A stretch of DNA of 64,000 nt from Eledone cirrhosa. Taxonomy: Eukaryota. Numbering within the stretch: the first letter of the stretch is position 1; every line of letters starts with the position of its first letter. Positions 1 through 14,016 of the stretch are shown here, piece after piece. The translations under genes and the position numbers were made by a program. A model generated the notes under the pieces. That model saw only the letters and a list, made by a program, of their open reading frames with translations, was not told where the DNA came from and did no database searches. Location of the stretch: NCBI GenBank assembly GCA_964016885.1, contig OZ024743.1, positions 269,700,001 through 269,764,000 on the forward strand, in the 5' to 3' direction.

Positions 1-353
1 ATTCATCTATGAGTAAAGCATTATATCTGCTGACTGTAATAGGGAGCAGTATTTAAAAAATCACCACTGGAAAAAACTAATATTTTCATCTAGATGATTT
101 ACTTCGACCAAACGGCAATAAATATTCTGCTATAATTCCTACTTTGATTAAAATTCAGCAATCATATTTGAATGGTCAAATATTTTGTAATGTGTGCCAA
201 GTAAATTGTAACTTTCATAAAATAGCCGGGTATCACCGGGTAGCTCAGTTAGTATATATATATATGTATGTAAAAGGTAAACAGAAACAACAACACAATC
301 GGTACAGTATATGGAAGGTATATATTAGGTTAACGCTTGATATAGCAGGATAC

Positions 354-410
<57 letters not shown>

Positions 411-475
411 CATATATATATACATATATATATACATATATATATATATATACATGTATATATATATACATATAC

Positions 476-507
<32 letters not shown>

Positions 508-518
508 GTATATATATG

Positions 519-768
<250 letters not shown>

Positions 769-1094
769 TACACACACACATATATATATGTGTGTGAGTA
801 TGTGTGTGAATGTGTCTTTGTGTATGTATGCATGCATATATGTGTGCATGCATGCATGTATGTGTGTATGTATGTATGTATGTTTGTGTATGTATATATG
901 TATGTATGCATACCTACGTACACTCACATCCACTAAACATCACATGAAGCTATTCTTTGTGGTTCATGCATCAACCGTCTGGAATGTCTTTATCACCCAC
1001 GGTTTGCCCTGTATACATAGGATTATGTATACTGTTGAAGCTGTACATTTAATCATTGCACTCTGACTAATCACAGAGGAAAATACGACAGTCG

Positions 1095-3420
1095 TGTGCA
1101 CTACCTTTCGTCCTCACTAAACCATCACTATCGTCAACACCACTACACACAACAACTCCAGCCACACCAACTTCAACATCAACAGCAACTATATTAATAG
1201 CATTACCAACATCAACATCAACAGCTACATTAAAAACACCAACACTATCACCACCAACGCCAACAAGACCAACAGTACCATGAACACCAACACCAACACA
1301 ATCACCAACACCATCACCATCACCAACACCCACCAACAACATCAATTCCATTACGAACACTACCAACGTCAACACCAACACCATTACCACCTACAACAAT
1401 GTCAACAACACTCACACCCTTACGACCAATAACACCAACACCTTCACCACCTACAACAACAACACCAACACCATCACCAACAAACCATCACTATAACCAC
1501 CAATAAGACAATACCAACATCCAACACCAACAACACCAACACCATCACTACCAACATCAGCTACAGCAACTACACCAATAATATCAACAACGCCAACACC
1601 ACCAACACCAATACCAACACCAGCACCATCAACACCAACACCAACAACACCAACACCAGCAACACCAACACCAACACCAACAACACCATCAACACCAACA
1701 ACACCAACACCAACACCAATACCAACACTGTCACCAACACCACCAACACCAACACCACCAACCACATCAACACCAACACCACCAACACCAATAGCAACAC
1801 CAGCACCATCAACACCAACACCAACAACACCAACACCAACAACACCAACACCAACACCAACAACACCATCAACACAAACATCAACAACACCAACACCAAC
1901 ACCAATACCAACACTGTCACCAACACCACCAACACCAACACCACCAACAACATCAACACCAACACCACCAACACCAATACCAACAACACCAACACCAACA
2001 CCAATACCAACACTGTCACCACCAACACCAACACCAACAATAACAACAACGCCAACACCACCAAAAACATACCAACAAAAACAGCAACAACACCAACACC
2101 AACACTGTCACCAACAGCACCAACAGCACCAACACCAACAACAACACCAACACCAACAACAACAACGCCAACACCAACACTGTCACCAACACCACCAACA
2201 CCAACAACAACACTAACACCAACGCCAACGCCAAAATCAACACCAACACCAACACCACCAACACCAACACCAACAACACCAACACCACCAACACCAACAC
2301 CAACAACACCAACACCAACACTGTGACCAACACCACCAACACCAACAACAACACCAACAACACGAACACCAGCACTGTCACAAACACCACCAACACCAAC
2401 AACAACACCAACACCAACACCAACACGAACACTGTGACCAACACCACCAACACCACCAACACCAACAACAACACCAACACTGTCACCAACACCACTAACA
2501 CCAACAACAACACCAACATCAACGCCAACGCCAACATCAACACCAACACCAACACCACCAACACCAACACCAACAACACCAACACCAACACTGTCACCAA
2601 CACCACCAACACCACCAACACCAACAACAACACCAACAACACCAACACCAACAACAACACCAACAACACCAACACCAACACTGTCACCAACACCACCAAC
2701 ACCAACACCAACAGCAACAACAACACCAACGCCAACACCAACACTGTCACCAACACCACCAACACCAACACCAACAACGCCAACACCAACACTATCACCA
2801 ACAACACCAACACCAACACCAACAACAACAACGCCAACACCAATACCAACACCAGCACCACCAATACCAATACCAATACTGTCACCAACACCACCAACAC
2901 CAACACCACCACCACCAACAACAACAACGCAACACCACCAACAACATACCAACACCAACACCAACACCAACAACAACACCAACACCAACACCACCAACAC
3001 CAACACCAACACCAATACCAATACCTACACCAATACCAACACCAACAACACCAACACCAACACCACCAACACCAACACCAACACCAATACCAACACCTAC
3101 ACCAATACCAACACCAACAACACCAACACCAACAACACCAACACCAAAACCAATGCAAACAACTCCCACATCACTACCAACACCAATACCAGTACTACCA
3201 ACACCATCAGTTATACTAACTATATCCCCAACAACTACACCACCAACTTCATAACCAGCATCACTACCACCAGCACATCGATGGCACCGACCAACTCTTT
3301 CACCAGCAGCACCACCACCACCACCACCACCAGCACCTCCAGCTCCAGCACAAGCACCAGCACAAGCACCACCATCACCACCACCAGCTTCACCACCAGC
3401 ACCAGCACCACCACTACCAC
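1095..3420. repeat. Degenerate (ACC/AAC)n low-complexity array, ~2.3 kb
   Basis: accaac/aacacc units with recurring ctgtcaccaac variants; the long V/G- and T/N-rich ORFs are repeat translations. Confidence 0.9.
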
Positions 3421-3704
3421 TATAGAGTAGTTGACGTAATATAAGGGTCGATTACTAAGTTAAATGCACAATTATATGGCTACTGTGTCATGTCGTAGCC
3501 CTCTCTCAATATATAACTTCATCTAAAATTGATGTCATACAAAAATTATAAAAGCTCTAGTACAAATTGTAACAGACAACCAGATGGCTTACTTGTATTA
3601 CTGATTCTTTTGTAGAGGAACTAACTTGGGTCTAAGATCACACATTTCATAGAATCGGGTCCTAATCACTTTATTTTATGAAAGATAAAATTTGGAAAAA
3701 TAAT

Positions 3705-3912
3705 AGTTTCTTATTTAGGCACAAGGCCAGCAATTTGGTGGAGGGAAAAATCGATTAAATCGACTCAGTGCGTGACTGGTACATTGTTATTGACCCGGTA
3801 AGGATGAAAGGTAAAGTTCACTTCAGTGGAATTTGAAATCAGAACGTAAAGGGCCGTAACTCTATGTCGCAAAGCAGTGTCCGACGCTCTACCGATACTG
3901 CCAATCCACCGC
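3705..3912 (-). mobile_element. tRNA-derived SINE (octopus-type)
   Basis: Reverse complement of the SINE consensus seen at 56823-57012 (A/B boxes, cctttcatcc..gggtc core). Confidence 0.8.
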
Positions 3913-4410
3913 TTTTTAAGACATGATTTGAAGGAAGTTTTGAAAAATAGTGATGTCTGCTTACCTCTATGGGAATTAATTCCAGAGTGTAAAGATAGAC
4001 CAACGAAATGAAATACCACAAGGTATCTTGTGTAGCTCTTTATGCTTTAGTCGTTCTCCGAAATATGATTAATAGTGAGTCATAGAAGAGAACTCTTTGT
4101 GGTCAAATGAACTGCTAGAAGTAAGAGAGAAACATTTTCCTAAATACCATACCTTAACATATCAACTACACAATCAGTATACACTGGATAATGTAGGCCT
4201 TGATACACTGTCTAAAAACAAAACAGAGTGAAATAATAAAGAAAACAATAAAAAAGAGTTAGGCATGTTTGGAAAGTTTAATCACGGCTGGCCTGAGGTT
4301 AATCATCATCATCTTCATCATCATCAGCATCAACAACAACAGAAAATACCAATCCCAACAACCGATAACAAACTCTATAACGTAACACATCGGAAATTAT
4401 TTATATACTA

Positions 4411-4561
4411 CTAGCTGAGGTACCCAGCTTCGCCAGGGTTGACAAATGATAAGAGAAGACCGACAGAAGAGAAAACGTTTGTATTGAATGCATTGCCTTG
4501 TTTACAATGTGTGTGTATTGTGTGTGTGTATGTTTGTGTCTGTTTGTGTAATATATATATA

Positions 4562-4607
<46 letters not shown>

Positions 4608-4608
4608 A

Positions 4609-4640
<32 letters not shown>

Positions 4641-5440
4641 GTGCCTGTTTTTCGTGTGATACGCGAAGGTACCAACCAACAAACATCTCTCTTTTATATC
4701 TCTTTTATTTGTTCATTCAAAATATTTTTCAGCTAATTCTGTCGAACAATATACATCAGCAATTGTTATCTGATGTTTAAAACATATGAATAGCTGCGAT
4801 ATATGCACCATATCAATAAAAAATGATGAGAATTGAATACTATACTAAAGCACCAGTAAGCTTGCTAAGAACCTGCATATAGAAATGTTAATGAATACAT
4901 TTGGCTTGGGTAAACTTTAAGATGTTCTTTCATTGTAGGTTTCTTTTCTCAGCCAGTACGTTAAAGAAAATTGATATTTACAACAATAAAGGTTGAACAG
5001 AGAACCAATTTTTTAACAAACTTTACAATAATTTGTACAACCATAATGGAAATTCCAAGTAACAGAAAATACATAAATTACATTGTTAGAGCCTCAGAGT
5101 ATACAATAATTTTTGTTCGGCTCTCGGGAACAGAGATGAAGAGATTGTTTGGCGAGCTCACCCTAGAGCATCCTACATACAATTGACCATGGTTTTCCCA
5201 GATGAAGGCCAACCACATTTAGGGTTTGACCCTGAGCTTTGTTGATGGTAATCGCGAAGCTTAGTCTCTCTGTTGCTCTAGGAACATTTTTTCTTCTGGA
5301 AAATCTGATCTTTCGGCCAGGCTAGGACATTTTGGGTAGCATATCGGCAGTAACAATGACGATAAGCCGTCTGTGCTTTCGTGAAATAAATACGTTTGTT
5401 TATATTTTGTTTTTGTGTATGTAAAAATATCTGTACACGA
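4411..5440 (-). mobile_element. Helitron remnant with C-terminal PIF1-type helicase fragment
   Basis: Minus strand ~5270-5085 reads RLSFAITINKAQGQTLNVVGLHL../HGQLYVGCSRVSS (frameshifted). The 3' terminus is hairpin accctggc-gaa-gctgggt followed by CTAG|T at 4411. The 5' end was not defined. Confidence 0.8.
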
Positions 5441-5445
5441 ATATA

Positions 5446-5511
<66 letters not shown>

Positions 5512-5515
<4 letters not shown>

Positions 5516-6029
5516 TAAACGGAAAAGAAAATGCTGACAAATTGTTCACAGTGAAAAATAGTTTAATTAGGAATAAGTGAAAATTAGTAATAGTATTGGT
5601 TAGTATTCAGTTTTGGTTTTAAGTTTTACCGGTTGCGCATTTCTAATGCTTTTCAAAAATAATTTTGAGATAGAGCGCCCGTGATGTTTGCTCTAATCTG
5701 ATTAGTTTTAGAAATTCTACCTGTTTTTATGTGAAAAAAGTGGCTCCAGATGTATTAAAATAACTTTCCCGCCAATTCGTGTTGCAAAAATTCTTGTGGT
5801 CAAAACAATTTTGATTGGTCGGTAGAGGTCATGTGAATGTTAAAAATTGATTTTGGGCCAAATGTAGGTTTGTGTCGGCTGATTGAGAAGTCACTGAAAA
5901 ATAAGTCTTCCAAAACAAATATGTGTGTGTGTGTGTGTAGTAGTAGTAAAGAGGTTCGTTGTTGTGATAATGGTCAGCAGGGATGTATGTGCGAACCGCA
6001 GCCTGTTGACAGTTCAAATGCCTATTAAG

Positions 6030-6061
<32 letters not shown>

Positions 6062-6108
6062 CAGAGTAATTTGTGGTAGAGGGATGGTCAGTTACACCTC
6101 TATTCTTT

Positions 6109-6110
<2 letters not shown>
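5512..6110 (-). mobile_element. Solo 3' end (pLTR) of the Neptune-type PLE
   Basis: Near-identical to 16770-17420, the 3' end of the PLE at 16770-21180; flanked by (TA)n. Confidence 0.8.
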
Positions 6111-6154
<44 letters not shown>

Positions 6155-6178
6155 TAGAAGTGTGACACACGAGTTGTG

Positions 6179-6752
6179 ATATATTAGTAAAAAGGAAAAG
6201 AAAATGCTGACAAATTTTTCCCAGTGAAAAATAGTTTAATTAGGAATAAGTATAAATTAGTAATAGTATTGGTTAGTATTCAGTTTTAGTTTTAAGTTTT
6301 TACCGGTTTCGCATTTCTAATGCTTTTCAAAAATAATTTTGAGATAGAGCGCTCGTGTTGTTTGCTCTAATCTGATCAGTTTTGGAAATTCTTCCTGTTT
6401 TATGTGAAAAAAGTGGTTCCAGAGGTATTAAGATTTGGTTGGTTGTTGAATGTCACGTGAATAAGTACTATAAATTTCGCGCCAATTCGTGTTGCAAAAA
6501 CCAAACCTCTGGAGCCACTTTTTTCACATAAAACACGAAGAATCTCCAAAACTGATCAGATTAGAGCAAACATCACGAGCGCTCTATCTCAAAATTATTT
6601 TTGAAAAGCATTAGAAATGCGCAACCGGTAAAAACTTAAAACTAAAACTGAATACTAACCAATACTTATTACTAATTTATACTTATTCCTAATTAAACTA
6701 TTTTTCACTGGGAAAAATTTGTCAGAATTTTCTTTTCCTTTTTACTAATATA
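6179..6752. mobile_element. Fold-back (inverted-duplicated) pLTR of the same PLE family
   Basis: Arms ~6179-6427 and ~6504-6752 are reverse complements with a ~75-bp spacer. Confidence 0.8.
6297..6334 (-). ncRNA. Variant-core HHR-like motif in PLE pLTR
   Basis: Minus strand: tttt-TTGAAAA-gcatt ag aaatgc-GAAA-ccg-GTA-aaaa, with palindromic accggt stem III. Copies at ~5624, ~6598 and ~16879 have GCAA instead of GAAA. Confidence 0.55.
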
Positions 6753-7093
6753 TATATATTAAAATAACAGATTAAAGTTTAAGCAAAGAATCGCTGCTTT
6801 CACCCTTAACGGGATCTTCTGAAACTAAAAAAATCAATCTGTGAACGCAGAAGTAAATATTTAGAAAAACGTTGCAACCGAAAGAAAAAAAGGAAGATGA
6901 TACTTTGGTTCGTGAAGACGTTAGGAATGTCGTATAACCGGAAGTGTTGACATTTGAAAATTTTAAAGAAGTGAGTATCGACCCCGTGAAGATGAAAGGC
7001 AAACCAAACCTCGGCGGGATTTGAACTCGTAACGGTAAAGGACTGTAACTATATTCCGCAAAGCATATTCTCCGACGCACTAAATTCGCATGT

Positions 7094-7208
7094 CTGTTGT
7101 GTTAGCTGTTATTACGCAACAATACTATAATGTGATTACCAAACGACGTCTTCAGGCATATTTTTGTTAAAACACCCGTTGATATGGCGACAACTCTTTT
7201 CGATGTTG

Positions 7209-7247
<39 letters not shown>

Positions 7248-7456
7248 TATACATACACACAAGCACACACGCACATCCACATACACACATACACACACAT
7301 ACATATATGTATATATCAATGTTGTAGTTTGTAGTTTGCTGTTGTGTTAGCTGTTATTACGCAACAATACTATAATGTGATTACCACACCACGCCTTCAG
7401 GTATATTTTTGTTAAAACACCTGTTGATATGGCGACAACTCCTCTCTATGTTGCTA
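7094..7456. repeat. Direct repeat pair (~115 bp) separated by microsatellite
   Basis: ctgttgtgttagctgttattacgcaacaatactataatgtgattacc... at 7094 and 7339, each followed by (TA)n. Confidence 0.75.
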
Positions 7457-7478
7457 TATATATATGTATATGTATATA

Positions 7479-7551
<73 letters not shown>

Positions 7552-7681
7552 TAGGGAGAGGATCAGGGGTGTATAACACTCCACTTATCCAGCAGGCAGT
7601 ATAAGGTTAGCTCGATGTCTGAGGACAGAGCCGTGATATAATAAATAACAAAGAACGCCTATAGCATATGCATATCTTTAC

Positions 7682-7729
7682 TTGCTAACATTGTTTCATC
7701 CGCACTATAAGTGGGACTCATCAGAGCAT
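7682..7729 (-). ncRNA. Type I hammerhead ribozyme (F2)
   Basis: Reverse complement of the motif at 9454-9501. Confidence 0.75.
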
Positions 7730-8402
7730 AAAGGTTAATTACATACCATACAAGCAATAACAAATCCAAGACATTGAAGAATGAAAAATAATAGAAGATA
7801 AAGGATATTAAGGAAGTAAAAGTAAAAATAAGAATAAGAATAAAAATAAAAATAAAAATAAAAATAAAAATAAAAATAAAAATAAAAATAAAAATAAAAA
7901 TAAAAATAAAAATAATAAAATAAACAATGAAAAATAAGGGGTGCTATCAGTCACAGTTGGGCGGGGTGCTGTCAACATATAGTTACATACAAGCATACAC
8001 ATGGATAAGAGAACAGACAAGAGTAGATAAGATAGATAGGATTAGGTAAGAGTAGGTAAAAAATAGGTGAAAAACAGACTTATAATATATATAAGAAAAT
8101 ATAAAGAAATATATAACAAACTTACATATAAAATATAAAATATACAGATAATAGTGATACATGGTAAGGAATGAAATAAAATAATATAAAATTAAAATTA
8201 AAATTATATAAAATAGAACATAATATAATATAATCATAAAATAAGATAAAATAAGGTAAACTAAAATAAAATAAAATAGACTAAAGTAAAATAATATAAT
8301 ATAAGATATAATTAAATGTAATTAAATAAATAAATAAATAAATAAATAAAATTAAATAAATAAATAAAATTAAAATTAAATTTAAATAAATAAATAAATA
8401 AG

Positions 8403-8437
<35 letters not shown>

Positions 8438-9453
8438 ATGAAATTAAATAAGTAAATAAATAAAATTAGATAAAATGAAATGAAATAAAATAAAATAAAA
8501 TGAAATAAAGTAAATTGAGATAAGATATATATTTTTTTAGAATATATCTCTTGAATATATCAGGGGCCCACGAAGGCACTAAGTGTCACAGTTATCTGTA
8601 TCACTTGACCATTCTTTTAAAATATATTTCTTGAAAATATCAGGGGCCCACGAAGGCACTAAGTGTCACAGTCACCAGTATCACTTGACCATTGCAAGGC
8701 AATGGAGGCGTCCCAGGTTGGGCAGTCTCAAAAGTTCACTCGAAAGTCACGGGTGTGCATTCACACAGTTGAGCGGTGGGGTAATCACAAACCGGTTCAC
8801 ACCCGGGCAGGAGTCCAATGGTCAAACAGAGGTGCATCGAAGGAAGGAGAATTCACGTGCAGTAGCAAGCGAGGTGCAGTCGGGTTAGCCAAAGCAAGCA
8901 GACACAGTTGGAGCGCATACAAAAGATATATAAAAAGACAAAAGATATATAAAAAATAGCTTCAAGAGCCATGAAGTCACCGCATTGGGACATCACAAGA
9001 TTGTACACATCAATATGTTCAGCACGTATATGTACATATACACACCACATGCATATGCAGAGACGGTATACATATATATATATATATTTTTTTATATACA
9101 GACATATACAACCACCTACACCCATACACATATAAATGTATACACAGACACACACGCACACACACACAGCGTAGAACACCCGGGTCAAAGCTGATATTAA
9201 ACACCGAAATACCACGTTAGGCAAGACCCACCACCACGGATAATACATTCAAAATAAATACATACGATGAGATGTAGTAAAATAAAGTTGAATTCCTACG
9301 GAGATAATCATGTCCGCACGTGCGGACATATTTTTATTTTTATTTTTATTCTTATTTTTAATTTTACTTCCTTAATATCCTTTATCTTCTATTATTTTTC
9401 ATTCTTCAATGTCTTGGATTTGTTATTGCTTGTATGGTATGTAATTAACCTTT

Positions 9454-9501
9454 ATGCTCTGATGAGTCCCACTTATAGTGCGGATGAAACAATGTTAGCA
9501 T
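9454..9501 (+). ncRNA. Type I hammerhead ribozyme (F2)
   Basis: atgct-CTGATGA-gtcc cac ttata gtg c ggat-GAAA-caat-GTT-agcat. Confidence 0.8.
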
Positions 9502-9539
9502 GTAAAGATATGCATATGCTATAGGCGTTCTTTGTTATT

Positions 9540-9602
<63 letters not shown>

Positions 9603-9606
<4 letters not shown>

Positions 9607-11288
9607 GAAAAATTGAACAGGGACAGAACAGAGAGGCAGTACGACAAATGTTTATTAAATTCACGCTCAGGAGAGTGGGGGGTAGGTGGGGACGACGTTT
9701 CGGGCATAAGCACTTCTTCAGGTGAGAGTTCAAAAGGTGTGTAGGGGAGTGGTGGAGAGACATATAGCGAAAGGAAACGGTGCGAATGAAAAATTGACAA
9801 ATAAAGACAAAAATATAATAAATAATAAATAAAAATAAAGCATGATCAAAATACAAGGAATGAGAAAATTTAAAAATAAAGGCATGATCAAAATAAACTG
9901 AAATTAAAAGGGGGGTAAACAGGTGGTGGAAGGGTGTGGGGTGAGTAGAGGTGGTGGCGGGTGGAGTGGGGAGAGGGAGACGGGGTGTCCGAGTGGGGAG
10001 GGCTGAAGGTGGTGTGTGTGGTTAGGTGTGCGTGTGTGTGTGTGTGTGTGTGTGTATGTGAAAGTGAGGGTTGGGGGAAGAACGGGGTTGCATGTTCAGG
10101 AAGGTGTGTGTGGGGGGTGTTTTTGTGGGTCGGAGGGTCTGTGCGTGTGTGGATAGGGGGGTGGGGGGAGAGGAATCAGGGTGCTGAGGGTGTAAATATG
10201 TGGTGGGAAGCACGTGTGTGTGGTTTAAGCGTGTTGTGGGTGTGGGTGGCGTGTGGATAAAAAAATTTGTTTTGGGGTGTGTGTGTGTGGGTGAGTTATA
10301 TAGGTGGTGATGTAAGAGGGTGGTTGAAAAGTGGTAAGTTACACGGATGTATGAAGATTTTGGTGAGAAGTCAAAACGCGTGTGGGTAATCCAAGAAGCG
10401 GTGGTCGGAAGAGGAGAGATGTGGGGTGCGCGCGCAACAGGAAGTGGTCAGCAGTGGAAGTGCTGTGGTCAGTTGGTGCTGAGACAGTGGTCGGAAGGGC
10501 ATAGCAGCAGTCGGCGGAATGGTAGGGAGGCGAGGATGGGTAGGTGTGAGAGTTGGAGTGAGGAGGGTGTGTGTGTGTGTGTGTGTGTATTAGTGGGGTG
10601 TTAGTGGGATGAGTGAGTGTGGAGCGGGGAGAGAAGAGTGTGTGTGGTTCTATGGAGGGAGTGTGGTGTACTGGTGTGTGTGTAGTTTGGTGAAGAGGTG
10701 TTAGTGGGTGTTAATATACGGGAGGTGGGGAAGGGTGGAATGCAGGTGTGAGTGGGGGTTAGTGGGGGTAGGGTGTGTAGAGTTGGTTGTGTACGAGGGT
10801 GTGTGGGTACGTGTGCGTGGGGTTGGAGGGTGTTAGTGATGTTAGTTGCGTGGGGGTGGGTGGTGTAAGTGGGTGCGTGTGTGCGTGTGATAAGGAGGGG
10901 GAGGAGGAGAAGAGGGGAGGGAAGGGATGTTAGTATGTTAGTTGGGGAAGGGTGGTCAGATGAGGGGTGGAGTGGAGGTGTTAGTATTGTTAGTGTGGGG
11001 TGGGCGGTGAAAAGGAGGGGTGTGTTAGTGGTGGATAAGTGTGGGGGGAGGGGGGCGGTCGAACGCTAAAGGAATAAGGGTGGGGAGTTCAGGCCGGGGG
11101 GAGTGTGGGTCTGTAAGATGAAGATAGTACGTTGTTCGACCGTAAGGCGATGGGCGGGTGTTCCGTGGCACTGGAGTAGGCCACAGACTGTGAGATGGCG
11201 TGCGGAGTGTCCAGGGCCACCAAAGTGGCGGGCGATGGGGGAACTGCCCCCGAGACGAATGTCCCGGAGGTGCTCCGTGACTCGGTCC

Positions 11289-11292
<4 letters not shown>
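9603..11292 (-). mobile_element. 3' portion of a Penelope-like element (GIY-YIG C-terminus, long C/A-rich 3' UTR, HHR-like pLTR)
   Basis: ORF 11066-11293 reads R..EHLRDI..PIARHF...H..LTVCGL...R..EQ..IF.L.T..P.GLN, typical of the PLE endonuclease end. A CTGAAGA..GAAACGTCGTC core lies at ~9690-9722 (-). Truncated by (TA)n. Confidence 0.85.
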
Positions 11293-11367
<75 letters not shown>

Positions 11368-11939
11368 ATGTATATATATATATAAATTTAAATATATATA
11401 TACAACAATGCTTATATATATATAAGCATTGTTGAATAAGAAATATAAATTTAAATAATTTTGAAAGCGATACAATGCATTAGAAAATTAAAGGTGCCAA
11501 GATAACAATAGAATCTTACCTGAGCAAATTTAATAATCTCAAATATTTTCGGGCTTAAAAATCCTTTATCAATGTGAAGGTTTTAAAAGATCGATTGGAG
11601 ATGAGTTGTTGTTAGCAACAAAAATTCTATTGTTATCTTAACGTTAAATTTTGAAGAAAGAAATTGTTGATTACATGACCCCCCACTAATTTCGATACTT
11701 TATTTTATCAATTCCAGAATGATGAATGACAAAATGGAGCACGGTGGAATTTATACTGAAAAGGTAAACATCAGCAACGAATACTTGCAAGTAATTTCGT
11801 CCGGTGCCCTCATTTATCAACTTGCTAATTCACCATATTGAATGTATAATTTTTTTTTTTTTTTGTATTTAGGCACCAAGCTATAAAATATTTGGATGCA
11901 GAAAATAATTGTAAATACAGTTGGTGCCTCTACAATAGT

Positions 11940-12086
11940 TTAGAAAATCGGGTAAAGACGCCTTATAGATGGAAAACAGTTGTCAGTGGTCGGTACGAGG
12001 AATCGAACTTGATATGAATGATATGAAGTTCGATTCCTCGTAGTGATAGCTGGTTACGTTTTTCCGTCTATGCCGATTTTCTAAGC
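11940..12086. repeat. Imperfect ~150-bp hairpin (MITE-like)
   Basis: tacgaggaatcgaactt / aagttcgattcctcgta, plus outer pairs ttagaaaatcgg/ccgattttctaa and atagatggaaaa/ttttccgtctat. Confidence 0.6.
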
Positions 12087-12154
12087 CATTTCATATGAAC
12101 CTCATAATCTCTCTCAACTATTCGAAAGTTTGCATAAGATACGTATATATATAT

Positions 12155-13135
12155 TAGGGTGCCCCTTAGCAATAGGTAATTTTCTGAAATTTAAAGTTTT
12201 GCAGCTAATCCTCTTCCAATCAACAAAACCACGGGGTCTGCAAAATTTAAGCTCAATCGGACAACTGCTAGGCGACCCCCAAACGCCTTGAAGTTGGAAC
12301 ATATTACACACAACGATTAATTCTGTTCAAAAGCGGTATACTGTTCTCTATCTCGACAATTTTCCGTTTTGTTCATAGAAAGATTTATGTGGACACATCC
12401 AGGCAACCCCAGAAAATGTTTAAAACCGTTCTGAATCAAATTTACCAATAGTTAATTTGAAAAATTCCTGAAATAACATGAAATACTTAAGAAATATTAA
12501 GTTTTCTTAAAGCACACAACCTCTATAAGAGAAACGCATTTTTATTTACAACAATAATTTCTATAGAATCAAAAACAAATGTGAACACTTAACACTGAAT
12601 ATTGAACATTACTTTGGATTGGCAGTATCGGTAGAGGGTCGGTCGCCATATTTAGCAGCAAAGAGTTACGGCCGTTTATGGTCTGAGTTCAAATCCCGCC
12701 GAGGTTAACTTTGCCTTTCATCCTTACGAGGTCGATAAAATAAAGTACCAGTAATGCACTGGGATAATCGCTTGCATTGTACCAAAAGTAGAAACAATTA
12801 TTTTTGCATAAGAGAGGATTTAGTGGCACTTGGGTATGTTTACGGTTTTCGGTAACGATCTGTAAAACAAATTGTTTATCAGTTTTATCTTTTGTGAGAA
12901 TGTTATTGTAATTCTGAATGAGTCTGACACCTCTTTCTGCAACATCATTCACAACAACTGACTTCTCAAGTTTTTCAAGTCCACTTCTGTAACCAGGATC
13001 ATCCTTCTATGTTGAAGGGTCTTTGTCGAGGAAATCGGTGCTGATAGAAAATTTCGTGAAGAAATTTTTGTACCAGGAGTTACAAAAGACGAAAACTCGA
13101 TATTTGTAAAGGAAGAAAAGTCATTTTCGTGCAGA
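12155..13135 (-). mobile_element. hAT-superfamily (hATm-like) DNA transposon right end with transposase C-terminal remnant
   Basis: Terminus TAGGGTG at 12155; minus ORF VNDVAERGVRLIQNYNNILTK..KQFVLQIVTENRK; interrupted by a SINE. Confidence 0.7.
12615..12800 (+). mobile_element. tRNA-derived SINE inserted in the hATm remnant
   Basis: tggcagtatcgg A box, gagttcaaatcc B box, core cctttcatccttacgaggtcgataaaataaagtaccag. Confidence 0.85.
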
Positions 13136-13149
13136 ATGTACCTCTTCAG

Positions 13150-13530
13150 TTGATTTTTTCTTCTTTCTCTTTTTCCCCCTTGAGCAATATTTGCCTTAAC
13201 TTCTCCTTGCTCACCTTGCTCTCCTTTTCTCATTGCTCTACTTGCTCTCCCTTTCTCCTTCCTCTCCTTTTTATCCTTGCTCTCTTTGCTCCCCTTTTCT
13301 CCTTGCTCTCCTTGATCTTCTTTTCTCATTCCGCTCCTTGCTCTCCTTTTCTCATTGCTCTCCGTTTTACTTTCCTCTACTTTCTCTCCTTGCTCTCCTC
13401 TTATCCTTTTCTCATTGCTCTCCTTGCTCTCTTTTTCTCACTGCTCTTCTTGCTCTCCCTTTATCCTTGCTCTCTTTTCTCCTCTTTTCTCATTGCTCTC
13501 CTTTCCTCATTGCTCTCCCTTTCCCCTTGT
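13150..13530. repeat. Pyrimidine-rich degenerate minisatellite (ttgctctcc units)
   Basis: Repeated cattgctctcc/ccttgctctcc motifs. Confidence 0.8.
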
Positions 13531-13660
13531 ACTTGTTTATATATAAATACAATGAGAAAAGGGGAGCAAGGAGAAATATGAAATCAAGAATAGTAAGGAG
13601 AGTATATATATACATATATACATACATGTATTTATGTATTTAAATATATATATATGTATT

Positions 13661-13737
<77 letters not shown>

Positions 13738-13977
13738 GTAAGTATGTATGTATACGTACATACATATATGTATACAGACGTACATACATATATGTATACA
13801 GACATACAGTAGCATGTATATACATACAGGCACACATATATATATGCACGTATCAGTTTACCGATCATTTATTATAATGCTCGGTTTGTTCGTTTGTAAA
13901 CAAACAAACAGTCTGAATTACGCCGTACAGTGTTTAGGCAAACACGTCACCTTTTTGTTCAACACTGACACAGGAAC

Positions 13978-14016
13978 GATGTACTAGTTTCAAGCTTATT
14001 AGCTATCGTCAGCACC
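13978..14016 (-). ncRNA. Type I minimal hammerhead ribozyme (F3)
   Basis: ggtg-CTGACGA-tagct aata agctt-GAAA-cta-GTA-catc; palindromic actagt stem III. Confidence 0.85.

Larger units (their letters stand above)
7550..9545 (-). mobile_element. ~2-kb non-coding element bounded by ~210-bp inverted repeats, each with an HHR (family F2)
   Basis: 7637-7850 is the reverse complement of 9330-9545; (TA)n on both sides; internal (TAAAA)n tracts and an 80-bp tandem duplication at 8543-8692. Confidence 0.75.

Noticed and set aside
1451-3219. Long V/G-, L/V- and T/N-rich ORFs
   Set aside because: They are translations of an (ACC/AAC)n array open in several frames on both strands, with no splice or start context.
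6771-6976. Segment with an AG acceptor and GTGAGT donor resembling an exon
   Set aside because: The most protein-like frame has several stops, and the donor adjoins a SINE fragment.
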